The position numbers were made by a program, and so were the translations under genes. Under the pieces are notes generated by a model that worked only from the letters and a program-made list of their open reading frames with translations, was not told the origin of the DNA and did not search any database. Source: an uncultured Actinomycetes bacterium (GTDB lineage Bacteria; Actinomycetota; Thermoleophilia; Gaiellales; Gaiellaceae). From it: a stretch of DNA of 64,000 nucleotides. Each line of letters opens with the position of its first letter. The stretch's first letter is position 1. Below, piece after piece: positions 16,701 through 26,434 of this stretch. The stretch is taken from assembly GCA_963775695.1 (NCBI GenBank), contig CAVZJU010000003.1:141050-205049 (forward strand), in the 5' to 3' direction.

Positions 16701-18160
16701 CGGGCGGCGAGCTGGTCGGCGGCGTGTCCGAGGAGCGTCGAGAGTCCGCTCGGAACGTGCAGGCCGAGGCCGACGACGACGACGAGGCAGGCTGCCATCC
16801 CGGCGACCATCGTCCAACTCGCCTCGCCGCGAGGGGCCCCGGGCGCTGCAGGCGAGAACACCATCCTGCCGGCGTGCCAGACGACCCCGAGGAACGCCAC
16901 GTTGACGAAGACGAGCAGCATCGTCACCCAGACGTACCCGGGGGTCGCGAAACCCCCGCTGACGATCTGGAACTCGCTTCGGAAGATGCCCGAGACGGGC
17001 AGACCGCTGAGCGCGAGGACTGCCACGAGAAACATCGGGCCGGAGACCGGCAGGGCTTGGGCCGCACCCTGCACGGAGTCGATCTCCTTGCTCCCGAAGC
17101 GTCTCAGGATCGAACCCGTGCCGAAGAAGGCCATCCCCTTCGCGGCGGCGTGGTTGAGCACGTGCAGGAGTGCGCCGGCGACCGCGATGCGCACGCCGAA
17201 GCCGATGCCGACCGCGATCACGCCCATGTGCTCGATCGTCGAGTAGGCGAGGAGCCGCTTGTAGTTCTCCTGCCGGAGAACGAAGAGCGCCGCCACGAGC
17301 AGCGATGCGGTTCCGAACACGAGCAGGACGTGGCGCGGAAAGTCCTGTCCGACTGCGAGGGCGGTCACCTGGTAGAAGCGGAGGATGGCGTAGAGGGCAT
17401 TCGCGAGCAGCGCCCCGGAGAGGAGCGCCGACACGGGGCTCGGTGCCTCGCTGTGCGCGTCCGGGAGCCAGGCGTGGAGCGGGGCGAAGCCCGCCTTGGT
17501 GCCGAATCCGACCACCGCCAGGAGGAACGCGATCTCGACCTCGGTCGCCGGCAGCTGCCCGCCGACCGAGAGATATCGCGTGAACCGCGGGATGTACGCC
17601 TGGCCGAGTGCGTTCGTTCCCGAGGCGTACAGGATGATCACCGCGAGGAGGGCGATGCCGAGCCCCACGGACGCGATCAGGACGTACTTCCACGCCGCCT
17701 CGAGCGCCGCGTCCGTCCGTTCCAGCGCGACCAGGAGAACCGAGACGATCGTGGTCAGCTCGACCGCCACCCACAGCGTGGCGAAGTCGTTCATCAGTGG
17801 GACGAGCAGCATCGTCCAGCCGAAGAGGTTGAGGTAGCCGAAGTACTTGCGGGCGAACGAGTCACGGCCGTGGTGATGCGCTCCCGCCCGCAGGAATCCG
17901 ATCGAGAAGACGCTCCCCGCCGCATACAGGAAGCTGCTTGCGAGAAGGAACACCGCTCCAAGGGAATCGAGGCGGAGCCACCCGCTGGCGGTCGTCAGAG
18001 GCACGTCATTGCGAACAGAGACAGCGGCGCTGAGCGCGAGTGCAAAGCAGGCACCCCCCGCTGCGGCGGTCGCGAGCTCGGCCGCACGCGGTGAGCCGAG
18101 AAAGGCAACCGCTGAGCCGGCCAGCGGTACGAGGACCAGGGCGATGAGGACGGCGCTCAT
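16697..18160 (-). CDS. HyfF/HyfD-like (NuoM/N-like) antiporter-type membrane subunit
   Basis: 487 aa. GFGTKAGFAPLHAWLPDAHSEAPSPVSALLSG and LAYSTIEHMG are typical of NuoM/N/MrpD-type subunits. Confidence 0.85.
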   Translation of the reverse strand: MSAVLIALVLVPLAGSAVAFLGSPRAAELATAAAGGACFALALSAAVSVRNDVPLTTASGWLRLDSLGAVFLLASSFLYAAGSVFSIGFLRAGAHHHGRDSFARKYFGYLNLFGWTMLLVPLMNDFATLWVAVELTTIVSVLLVALERTDAALEAAWKYVLIASVGLGIALLAVIILYASGTNALGQAYIPRFTRYLSVGGQLPATEVEIAFLLAVVGFGTKAGFAPLHAWLPDAHSEAPSPVSALLSGALLANALYAILRFYQVTALAVGQDFPRHVLLVFGTASLLVAALFVLRQENYKRLLAYSTIEHMGVIAVGIGFGVRIAVAGALLHVLNHAAAKGMAFFGTGSILRRFGSKEIDSVQGAAQALPVSGPMFLVAVLALSGLPVSGIFRSEFQIVSGGFATPGYVWVTMLLVFVNVAFLGVVWHAGRMVFSPAAPGAPRGEASWTMVAGMAACLVVVVGLGLHVPSGLSTLLGHAADQLAAR

Positions 18161-18161
18161 C

Positions 18162-19790
18162 TCAGCCGCGAAGCCGGTTCAGCACGTCAGTCGTGACCGA
18201 GGTGCGCTGGACGCTGAAGTACTGGACGAGGAGGACGAAGACCAGGAGCCCGATGAAGACGTCGAAGAGCAGGAGCAGGGCGAGGATCAGGGGAAGGCTG
18301 GGGGCGATGACCAGGGCCGCGAGGGTGACCCCGTTCTCGAGCACGAGGAAGCCGATCACCTGCGACGGCGCGTAGGGCCGGAGGATCATCAGGAGCAGTG
18401 CGACCAGCACGATCGCAACCGCAATGCCGAGCGCCTCCAGCGGGAGCGCTCCCTGGTGATCGAGATGGAGCCGTGAGAGGGCGATGAAGCTGAAGCTGGA
18501 GAGGACGATGCCGAGCAGCGCTGCGCTCGGCACCCGCACCGTCGACGGGACGCGCATGGACACGTCCAGCCTCGTAATGGTCGCCCCGATCGCGAGCGGG
18601 ATGGCGATCGTCTTGAAGGCGATCGTGATCGCCCCGATCACCCACAGATCGGCGTGGTGGAGCTTCGCCGCCGCTGCGAACGCGACGATTGCGACAGCGG
18701 CGGAACCGAGGCCGTACAGCCGCAGCTGCCCCCGGATGTCCTGCGTGCGTAGGAGTGCGAACTCGAGCAACAGGACGGTGACTGCGACGACGCTCGCGAT
18801 GCCGCCGAACACGGTGAGGTGGACGGTCCCGTACTGTCGCTGGAGCACGAACGTGATCACGGCCAGGACGGCGAAGAGAAAGCCGGCCACGGTGAACTCG
18901 GGGATCTTGTAAAGGCGCAGCTTCGCGAACGACGACTCGATGACGACGATCGCGGCTCCGACGACGAGCGCCTTCCCGAACAGAATCGCGATCGCCAGGA
19001 GGACGCTGTCGAGCCGCCGGTCCCCCGCCAGGCCCCACGGCGCGGTGAGGACGTTGGCGAGGATGACGAAGAGGATCATCTGCTTCATCGACGAGCCCCA
19101 CTTGAGCAGGGCGTAGCCGGGGCCGGAGTGCTCGAGCGTCCGGCCTTCCTCGATCATCCCGAACTCCAGGGTGGCCCCGTGGTTCTCCAGTGGGATCCGC
19201 CCGGTCTCGGAGATGACGACCATGAAGAACGCTGCCGCGGCGAGAAGATGAGCGGGCCGGAAGACCTCGACCGCGGACGACTTGAGCGTCGCGGCGAAGG
19301 CGTAGGGGAGGTCGGTGCCCGTGATGAGCGCGACCGAGAAGATGACGAAGATGATCGTCGGCTCGCCGAGCGCGCCGAACGTGCGGAGCCGGCTCGAGCC
19401 GAGCTGGGTATACGGGCTGCCGCTGTCGATAGCGGCCAGCGAGACGGCATAGCTTGCGAGCCCGAGCACGAAGCCGCCGCCGAGGATGTCCCCCATGTAG
19501 GCCGGTTGGGGCGGGAAGTCCGTCAGCACCGGGATCAGGAGCGGGACAACGCAGTAGCAGGCGAAGGCGACGTAGGGAGCGATCCGGAACACCGGCCCTG
19601 CCCCGTCCGGAAGGACCGTCTCCTTCCGGAAGAACTTGGCGATGTCGTGGTAGGGCTGGAGCAGCCTGGGCCCGTGCCGTCCCTGCACCAGGGCCTCGGC
19701 CCGGGCGATGACACCGGTGACCAGCGGCGAGACGAGCAGGATCGTCCCCAGCTGGAAAGCCTGGATCAGTCCGTCGCTCAGCTGCGGCAT
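18162..19790 (-). CDS. HycD/HyfC-like (NuoH-like) subunit fused to a HyfE-like (NuoK-like) membrane module
   Basis: 542 aa. N-terminal ~300 aa: LVSPLVTGVIARAEALVQGRHGPRLLQPYHDIAKFFRKE...EFGMIEEGRTLEHSGPGYALLKW (HycD-like). C-terminal ~220 aa are multi-TM and HyfE-like. First gene after riboswitch copy 4. Confidence 0.8.
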   Translation of the reverse strand: MPQLSDGLIQAFQLGTILLVSPLVTGVIARAEALVQGRHGPRLLQPYHDIAKFFRKETVLPDGAGPVFRIAPYVAFACYCVVPLLIPVLTDFPPQPAYMGDILGGGFVLGLASYAVSLAAIDSGSPYTQLGSSRLRTFGALGEPTIIFVIFSVALITGTDLPYAFAATLKSSAVEVFRPAHLLAAAAFFMVVISETGRIPLENHGATLEFGMIEEGRTLEHSGPGYALLKWGSSMKQMILFVILANVLTAPWGLAGDRRLDSVLLAIAILFGKALVVGAAIVVIESSFAKLRLYKIPEFTVAGFLFAVLAVITFVLQRQYGTVHLTVFGGIASVVAVTVLLLEFALLRTQDIRGQLRLYGLGSAAVAIVAFAAAAKLHHADLWVIGAITIAFKTIAIPLAIGATITRLDVSMRVPSTVRVPSAALLGIVLSSFSFIALSRLHLDHQGALPLEALGIAVAIVLVALLLMILRPYAPSQVIGFLVLENGVTLAALVIAPSLPLILALLLLFDVFIGLLVFVLLVQYFSVQRTSVTTDVLNRLRG

Positions 19791-19823
19791 CCGTCCCGAC
19801 GTCTCCTTGCCCTCGACTACGAG

Positions 19824-19891
19824 CTAGAAGCCATCAGCCGTCGGAACGGCGGTTCGGAGCGGGGGCCGCTCCCGCCAGAGCTTCATCTGGC
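19824..19891 (-). promoter_or_regulatory. fluoride riboswitch (crcB motif), copy 4, with an extra inserted hairpin
   Basis: Minus-strand sense: GCCAGATGAAGCTCTGGC-GGGAGCGGCCCCCGCTCC-GAACCGCCGTTCCGACGGCTGATGGCTTCTAG. Same core blocks. An 18-nt GC hairpin is inserted between P1 and the AACCGCC block. Confidence 0.8.
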
Positions 19892-20034
19892 GTCGCCAGC
19901 GTAGCGAATCGCCGACGCGGTCCGGACGGTACCGGACACGCAGGACGCAGACCTGGAACCCGAACTCCAGGCGCGCCGCCACCGGCCGAGACGGTTGGAC
20001 CGGCCCTGTTCGGCTAGGCTGATTCCACACCGGT

Positions 20035-20080
20035 CGCGATGAGGCCCGCGCTCAACCGCCTTCGGGCTGATGGCTTCTGT
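20035..20080 (+). promoter_or_regulatory. fluoride riboswitch (crcB motif), copy 5
   Basis: CGCGATGAGGCCCGCGCTCAACCGCCTTCGGGCTGATGGCTTCTGT. Divergent from copy 4. Followed by GGGAGG and ATG 20115. Confidence 0.8.
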
Positions 20081-20114
20081 GTCTTCTTCGGGTTCGCTCC
20101 AGGGAGGCGGACGT

Positions 20115-20540
20115 ATGAGTCATCTCGCGCCGGATTCAGCCGGAAGTGCCCAGGTCGAGATCGACGTCGACCCGGCTGGGCTCGACGAGCTTCGCGGCCG
20201 GGCAGGCGACGCAGCACCGACCGCGGACGAGGACCTGCTCCGATACCTCGTGTACCTGGGCGCCGGCTACCTGGAGACCGAGGCAGTCTCTGCGGCTGCC
20301 CCGAGCGTCCACGAGGCCTATGCGCGCCTCGACCGCATGCATGCTGCCGTGGAGGGGCACTCGTCGGTCCTGAGTTTCCACTACGGCGAGTCGGCGCGAG
20401 AGTTCGCCGAAGAGGAGAGGGCACACGCGGCTCACGAGCGAAGCGCCGGAGCCTACGAGGGGCTTGTCGAGAAGCTCGAGGCGGAGATCGCAGCCCGGGA
20501 AAAGCGAGTCGTCAGGCTGAAACGAGCGCTCGAGCAATGA
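20115..20540 (+). CDS. hypothetical protein (acidic, C-terminal coiled-coil-like), first gene after riboswitch 5
   Basis: ATG 20115 is preceded by GGGAGGCGG. Product MSHLAPDSAGSAQVEIDVDPAGLDELRG...LVEKLEAEIAAREKRVVRLKRALEQ. High GC3. No family recognised. Confidence 0.6.
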   Translation: MSHLAPDSAGSAQVEIDVDPAGLDELRGRAGDAAPTADEDLLRYLVYLGAGYLETEAVSAAAPSVHEAYARLDRMHAAVEGHSSVLSFHYGESAREFAEEERAHAAHERSAGAYEGLVEKLEAEIAAREKRVVRLKRALEQ

Positions 20541-21067
20541 GGACATCGCTTCTGACGGCCGATCTCGACGAGTTCGAGCGGACCGGGGCCGACGTCGGAT
20601 CCGCGTTTGCCCGTGGCGCTCGCTCCCTCGGCTGCCGGCAACTCCACGAGCGCCTGCTTGAACCCTTCAGCACGGAGGCGGGGCTGACCGAGTTGGTCGA
20701 TCTCTATGCCGAGGCCTACGCCCGGATGCATCTGCTGCGGTTCGGCTACATGAGCAAGGCCGAGGCGTATGCCGAATCGAAGGAACGGTACGACGCCGTC
20801 GACGACGTGCTCTTCGACCTACGGCGGCACGTCGTCCCTGCTCTTCGAACCCGTCTGGCGGAGGTCAGGCAGCGTGAGGCGCAGCTCGTGGCGGAGGCCG
20901 AGGCGCGCGGCATCCCGACGGCTGAGATAGGCCCGATCGTCCCCGCGGATCGAGCGCAGGTGACGTCGGTTCGCCCAGGCGAAGGCCCTCCACAGCGCCG
21001 GACGCTTACACCCCTCGCTCCACGGCCTACGCGGCTGCAACGGTTGCGGCAACTGTTGCGTCGATGA
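20537..21067 (+). CDS. hypothetical protein
   Basis: ATG 20537 overlaps the upstream stop (ATGA). Product MRTSLLTADLDEFERTGADVGSAFARG...YMSKAEAYAESKERYDAVDDVLFDLRRHVVPALRTRLAEVRQREAQL. The C-terminal Arg/Pro-rich tail is uncertain. No family recognised. Confidence 0.55.
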   Translation: MRTSLLTADLDEFERTGADVGSAFARGARSLGCRQLHERLLEPFSTEAGLTELVDLYAEAYARMHLLRFGYMSKAEAYAESKERYDAVDDVLFDLRRHVVPALRTRLAEVRQREAQLVAEAEARGIPTAEIGPIVPADRAQVTSVRPGEGPPQRRTLTPLAPRPTRLQRLRQLLRR

Positions 21068-22498
<1,431 letters not shown>

Positions 22499-22499
22499 G

Positions 22500-23549
22500 T
22501 GTAGTTCCTGAACACGTTGGTTCATCCGGGCCTCCTTGGAGGCTGAGGGCTGCCAGGCACTCAGACTCAAGGAGGCATCCGGATGAGGCTTCACGGTAAC
22601 GCGGCTCTCAGTTGGAGCGGTCGGCGGCGGCTGGCCGAGCGCGTTGTTGTTCAGGGCTGGACGGTGAGTGCTGCCGCTGAGGCTGCCGGTGTCAGTGTCG
22701 GTTGCGCTCGCAAGTGGGTGAGCCGCTACCGGCTCGAGGGTGAGACGGGCTTGTGCGACCGTTCCTCGGCCCCTCGCCGAGTCTGGAATCGGACAGCGCC
22801 GGAGCGTGTTGAGGCGGTGATCGCGCTTCGGCGGCTGCGGATGACCGCAGCGGAGATCGCCGAGCTGCTTGGGATGGCGCTCTCGACCGTGTCAGGGATC
22901 CTGGCTCGGTGCGGAATCGGTCGTCTCGGTCGGATCGGGCTCGAAGCAGCTCGCCGATATGAGTACTCGCGGCCCGGTGAGCTCGTGCACATCGACGTGA
23001 AGAGACTCGGTCGAATCGAGGGTGCTGCTGGCAAGCGCATCAGCGGACGGCCCCACTCGCAGTACATGCCGAGGCGCACCGATGCCGCCGGCAGCCGGCG
23101 GAACACGGTCGGCTGGGAGTACGTCCACATCGCCGTCGACGACTACAGTCGCCTTGCCTACGCCGAGGTCCTCAACGACGAGAAAGCCGCTACCGCAGCC
23201 GGCTTCCTGCGTCGCGCTCTCCGCTACTACCGCCGCCACGGAATCCAAGTCGAGCGGATCCTGACCGACAACGGCTCCTGCTACCGCGCCGCGATCCACG
23301 CAGTCGCTTGCAGGGCCCTCGGCATCCGCCACAGCCGAACCCGCCCCTACCGGCCACAAACAAACGGCAAGGCCGAGCGCTTCATCCGCACTCTCCTCCA
23401 CGGGTGGGCCTACGGCGCGATCTACCGCTCAAGCCAAGAACGAACCGCGGCACTTGACGGCTGGCTCAGGCACTACAACCATCGCAGACGACACTCAGCC
23501 CTCGGCCACCAACCCCCGGTCAGCAGAACCAACCTGCTCGGGTCCTACA
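22500..23549 (+). mobile_element. IS481-family insertion sequence, apparently intact, with 6-bp target-site duplication ACTAGG
   Basis: IRL TGTAGTTCCTGAACACGTTGGTT (22500-22522) versus the reverse complement of 23527-23549, TGTAGGACCCGAGCAGGTTGGTT (18/23 identical). Flanks are ACTAGG at 22494-22499 and 23550-23555. Confidence 0.85.
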
Positions 23550-23554
23550 ACTAG
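22583..23554 (+). CDS. IS481-family transposase (DDE, rve domain)
   Basis: 323 aa: HTH N-terminus, HIDVKRLG, WEYVHIAVDDYSRLAY, TDNGSCY, RPYRPQTNGKAERF. The ORF reads through IRR and stops at the TAG within the duplicated CTAG. Confidence 0.9.
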   Translation: MRLHGNAALSWSGRRRLAERVVVQGWTVSAAAEAAGVSVGCARKWVSRYRLEGETGLCDRSSAPRRVWNRTAPERVEAVIALRRLRMTAAEIAELLGMALSTVSGILARCGIGRLGRIGLEAARRYEYSRPGELVHIDVKRLGRIEGAAGKRISGRPHSQYMPRRTDAAGSRRNTVGWEYVHIAVDDYSRLAYAEVLNDEKAATAAGFLRRALRYYRRHGIQVERILTDNGSCYRAAIHAVACRALGIRHSRTRPYRPQTNGKAERFIRTLLHGWAYGAIYRSSQERTAALDGWLRHYNHRRRHSALGHQPPVSRTNLLGSYN

Positions 23555-23564
23555 GCCGCCTGGG

Positions 23565-23954
23565 TCAGGACCCGAACGCCCGGCGCCGCTCCAGGTCGCG
23601 GTCCGGATCGACGAGGTGGCCGTCGCGCTCGACGTACCCGTCCTGGCCGCCGATCACGATCACGACCAGGTCGTCGTCGCCCGCGTTCGAGAACTTCCGC
23701 GGAGTCGTCGACTCGACGTGCACGAGGCTGCCCGGGCCGAGCTCACGTGACTCGCCGTCGACCTCGAACCGGGCGGTTCCCCGGTGGACGAAGTAGAGCT
23801 CGTCCTGGGTGTCGTGGAAGTGGAGGAACCCGTCGAACCCGGGCGGCATCACCAGCGCGTTCGCGCCGAAGGCGGTGACGCCGAGCCCTCGACGGATCTT
23901 GCGGAAGCCGTATCCCTCTCCGAGCTCGTCGAGCGAGCTGAACGCGTGTCCCAT
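23565..23954 (-). CDS. cupin-domain protein
   Basis: ATG 23954 gives MGHAFSSLDELGEGYGFRKIRRGLGVTAFGANALVMPPGFDGFLHFHDTQDELYFVHRGTARFEVDG. Confidence 0.7.
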   Translation of the reverse strand: MGHAFSSLDELGEGYGFRKIRRGLGVTAFGANALVMPPGFDGFLHFHDTQDELYFVHRGTARFEVDGESRELGPGSLVHVESTTPRKFSNAGDDDLVVIVIGGQDGYVERDGHLVDPDRDLERRRAFGS

Positions 23955-24022
23955 CGTGCTCCTTTCCTTTCCGGTGTTTGGGGGTAGCATCAGGTCCCGA
24001 AGTGCCGTACCGCAAGGTCAAG

Positions 24023-24418
24023 ATGCGGCCCGTCCGGACGGAGGACGAGGGTGAGCTCTTCGCAGTCGCGAAGCTCGCCTTCGCGGACTGCGACGAGGGA
24101 CGCACGCTCGCGGCCCTCACGCGGGACACCGTCTTCGTCGCCGAGCTGGCAGGAGAGACCGCCGGCTACGTCGCGATCGAGGAATCCACTGCCAGGCTTC
24201 GGATCGAACAACTCTGTGTGCATCCGGCTCACGAGAAGGAGGGGGTCGGCAGGCAGCTGCTCGAGTGGGCCGAGGGGTACGCGATCTCGAACGGTGCGGG
24301 CCGCCTCGAAGTCGTCGTCGAGCGCGGGAACGACCGCGCCGAGTCCTTCTACCGGGGCCGCGGTTTCGTGCCGGCCGGGCCGGAACTGCTCGAGCTCGTC
24401 CTTCCGCAGGGTCAGTAG
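24023..24418 (+). CDS. GNAT-family N-acetyltransferase
   Basis: MRPVRTEDEGELFAV...LCVHPAHEKEGVGRQLLEWAE...FYRGRGF (acetyl-CoA binding R/Q-x-x-G-x-G/A-like segment). Confidence 0.8.
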   Translation: MRPVRTEDEGELFAVAKLAFADCDEGRTLAALTRDTVFVAELAGETAGYVAIEESTARLRIEQLCVHPAHEKEGVGRQLLEWAEGYAISNGAGRLEVVVERGNDRAESFYRGRGFVPAGPELLELVLPQGQ

Positions 24419-26387
24419 CCTCGTCGTTCTCCTGGCCGCGCTCGCCTTTCCGGCGGCGGCCTCGGCCCACGCACGGCTGGTCGGCTCGAAGCCCGCCGAC
24501 GGCGCGGTGCTGGCGAGTCCGCCGCAGGACGTCAAGCTGCTCTTCGACGACGAGATCCGCACGGCGGGAGGCGACCGAGTGGTCGACGCGCGGGGACGCT
24601 CGGTGCTCGCCGGTCCCGCCCACCGGCTGGCCGGCAACGACCGCGCGCTCGTGCTGCCGCTGCGCGCAGGGCTCGTCCGCGGCGCCTACACCGTCCGGTG
24701 GCGGGTCGTCTCGAACGACGGCCATCTGGTCACCGGCGTCCTTGCGTTCGCCGTAGGCGCCGGCTCGCCGCGGCCCGTGCCGACGCTGTCTGCCGACGGT
24801 GGTGTCTCGACCGCATCCGTCGTCTTCCGCTTTCTGTTCATCGCCGGCGTGCTGGTCGCCGGCGGTGCGGCGCTCACGGGGCGCGTCCTGCTCGAGCCCG
24901 GTCGGCGTCGGCTGGAGACCGCGGTCGTCGGCATCGGCCTGATCCTGATCGCGGCCGGCGGGCTGGGACTGCTGGCGCTCGAGCCGGCCGCCGACGCGAC
25001 CCGGTTCGGACGCGTGACCGAGACCGCCGCGATCGTCGCCCTTGTCGGCTCTGCGGCCGCGCTCGCCTCGCTTGCGGTCCCCGCGACGGCCGTCGTCGCC
25101 TCCGTGGCTGCAGCGCTCGAGCTCGCCGCGCCGACGCTGGCCGGCCACGCCCTCGACCCCAGGAACTACCGTCCGCTGATCGCGCTTGCGGACTTCATCC
25201 ATGTGGCCGCGGCGGCGGTCTGGATCGGCGGTCTCGTCCTGCTCGTCACGAGCGGGAGCGCAAGGGCGCGCCGGCGCTTCCCCACGATCGCGATCGGCGC
25301 GGTCCTCGTACTGGGCGCGGCGTCGATTCCCCGCGCAATCGCGGCGTTCCCCACGTTGGCGTCGGTCGTGCACACGTCGTACGGGCAGACGCTGCTCGTG
25401 AAGACCGGCGTGCTCGTCGCCGTGCTCGCCGTCGCCTGGGCGAACCGGTACCGGATTGCGCGCGCCGGCCTCGGCGCCGAGCTCGCGTTGCTCGCCGGCC
25501 TGGTTGTCGCGCTCGCGGTGCTGACAGAGCTGCCCCCGCCGCCGCGGGCGGCCGCGTCGGCGCGGGCCGCACCCGCCGTTCCCCGGCCGCCGCCCGCGGA
25601 CGCGGTCGTCCTCGGCGGCGAGGACGACGACGTCGCCGTCGGGCTCGCCGCTTCGCCGCGCGGGCGGAATGTCGCGGTACGCGTCACCGCGCTCGGCCAG
25701 GACGGCAAGGGCATCGACGGCCTGACCGTGCGGATCGCAGGATCGGGCGCCCGCCCATGCGGGCCGGGCTGCTACGCGGCAACCATCCCGCTGCCGCCGC
25801 CCCCGCGGGCCGTCGCCGTCGCCCTCTCCGGCGCGGGGGCAAAGCCCGCGACCGTCCGCTTCGTCCTGCCGCGACGCTGGCCGGCTCCGGTCGCGACTGC
25901 GCTGGTCACCCGCGCCGACCGCGTCTTCCGCTCACTGCGCACGCTCGTCATCCACGAGCGGCTGGCCTCGAATGCGCGGAACGCGATCACGACCGTCTAC
26001 CGGGTGGCCGCGCCGGACAAGCTCGCCTACTCGATCGCGAACGGGCCGAAGGCCGTGGTCATCGGCGGCACCCGCTGGGACAAGCTCCCCGGCGGGAAGT
26101 GGGAGCGGTCGCAGACGGAGCGGATCGGGCAGCCGGAGCCGTTCTGGGGCCCGGACCGGCGCACGAACGCCCATCTGCTGGGAACCGGGACGGTCGACGG
26201 CCGCCCGGTCCGGATCGCGTCCTTCTACGACCCGCACCTGCCGGCCTGGTTCGTGCTGTCGATCGAGCCGAGGACGGGCCGGCTGCTCGCGTTGCACATG
26301 ACCGCCCAGGCGCACTTCATGCAGCACCGCTACACCGGCTTCGACGAACCGCTCAGGATCGTCCCGCCGACCGCAACGCAGCCTTAA
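24294..26387 (+). CDS. CopC-CopD fusion copper-resistance membrane protein with C-terminal extracytoplasmic domain; start uncertain
   Basis: Signal peptide plus mature N-terminal His (RRVSSLVVLLAALAFPAAASA/HARLVGSKPADGAVL), CopC fold (YTVRWRVVSNDGHLVTG), then about 8 TM CopD-like. The nearest in-frame canonical start upstream of the signal peptide is GTG 24294, giving a 125-nt overlap with the GNAT gene. Confidence 0.75.
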   Translation: MRAASKSSSSAGTTAPSPSTGAAVSCRPGRNCSSSSFRRVSSLVVLLAALAFPAAASAHARLVGSKPADGAVLASPPQDVKLLFDDEIRTAGGDRVVDARGRSVLAGPAHRLAGNDRALVLPLRAGLVRGAYTVRWRVVSNDGHLVTGVLAFAVGAGSPRPVPTLSADGGVSTASVVFRFLFIAGVLVAGGAALTGRVLLEPGRRRLETAVVGIGLILIAAGGLGLLALEPAADATRFGRVTETAAIVALVGSAAALASLAVPATAVVASVAAALELAAPTLAGHALDPRNYRPLIALADFIHVAAAAVWIGGLVLLVTSGSARARRRFPTIAIGAVLVLGAASIPRAIAAFPTLASVVHTSYGQTLLVKTGVLVAVLAVAWANRYRIARAGLGAELALLAGLVVALAVLTELPPPPRAAASARAAPAVPRPPPADAVVLGGEDDDVAVGLAASPRGRNVAVRVTALGQDGKGIDGLTVRIAGSGARPCGPGCYAATIPLPPPPRAVAVALSGAGAKPATVRFVLPRRWPAPVATALVTRADRVFRSLRTLVIHERLASNARNAITTVYRVAAPDKLAYSIANGPKAVVIGGTRWDKLPGGKWERSQTERIGQPEPFWGPDRRTNAHLLGTGTVDGRPVRIASFYDPHLPAWFVLSIEPRTGRLLALHMTAQAHFMQHRYTGFDEPLRIVPPTATQP

Positions 26388-26434
26388 CGGAGGCGCTACC
26401 GAGCCTCAACACGGCCGGGTCTATAACGGCTCTG

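Noticed and set aside
12470-19790. Annotation as a functional [NiFe] hydrogenase-4 or formate hydrogenlyase
   Set aside because: The subunit homology is clear, but both NiFe CxxC motifs and most FeS ligands are absent. No hyp/hycI maturation genes or formate dehydrogenase genes are present in the window.
19995-20020. TTGGAC ... TAGGCT as the -35/-10 promoter for riboswitch 5
   Set aside because: The spacer is only 14 nt (canonical 16-18). TAGGCT alone could be a -10 box, but the pair cannot be supported without transcription start site data.
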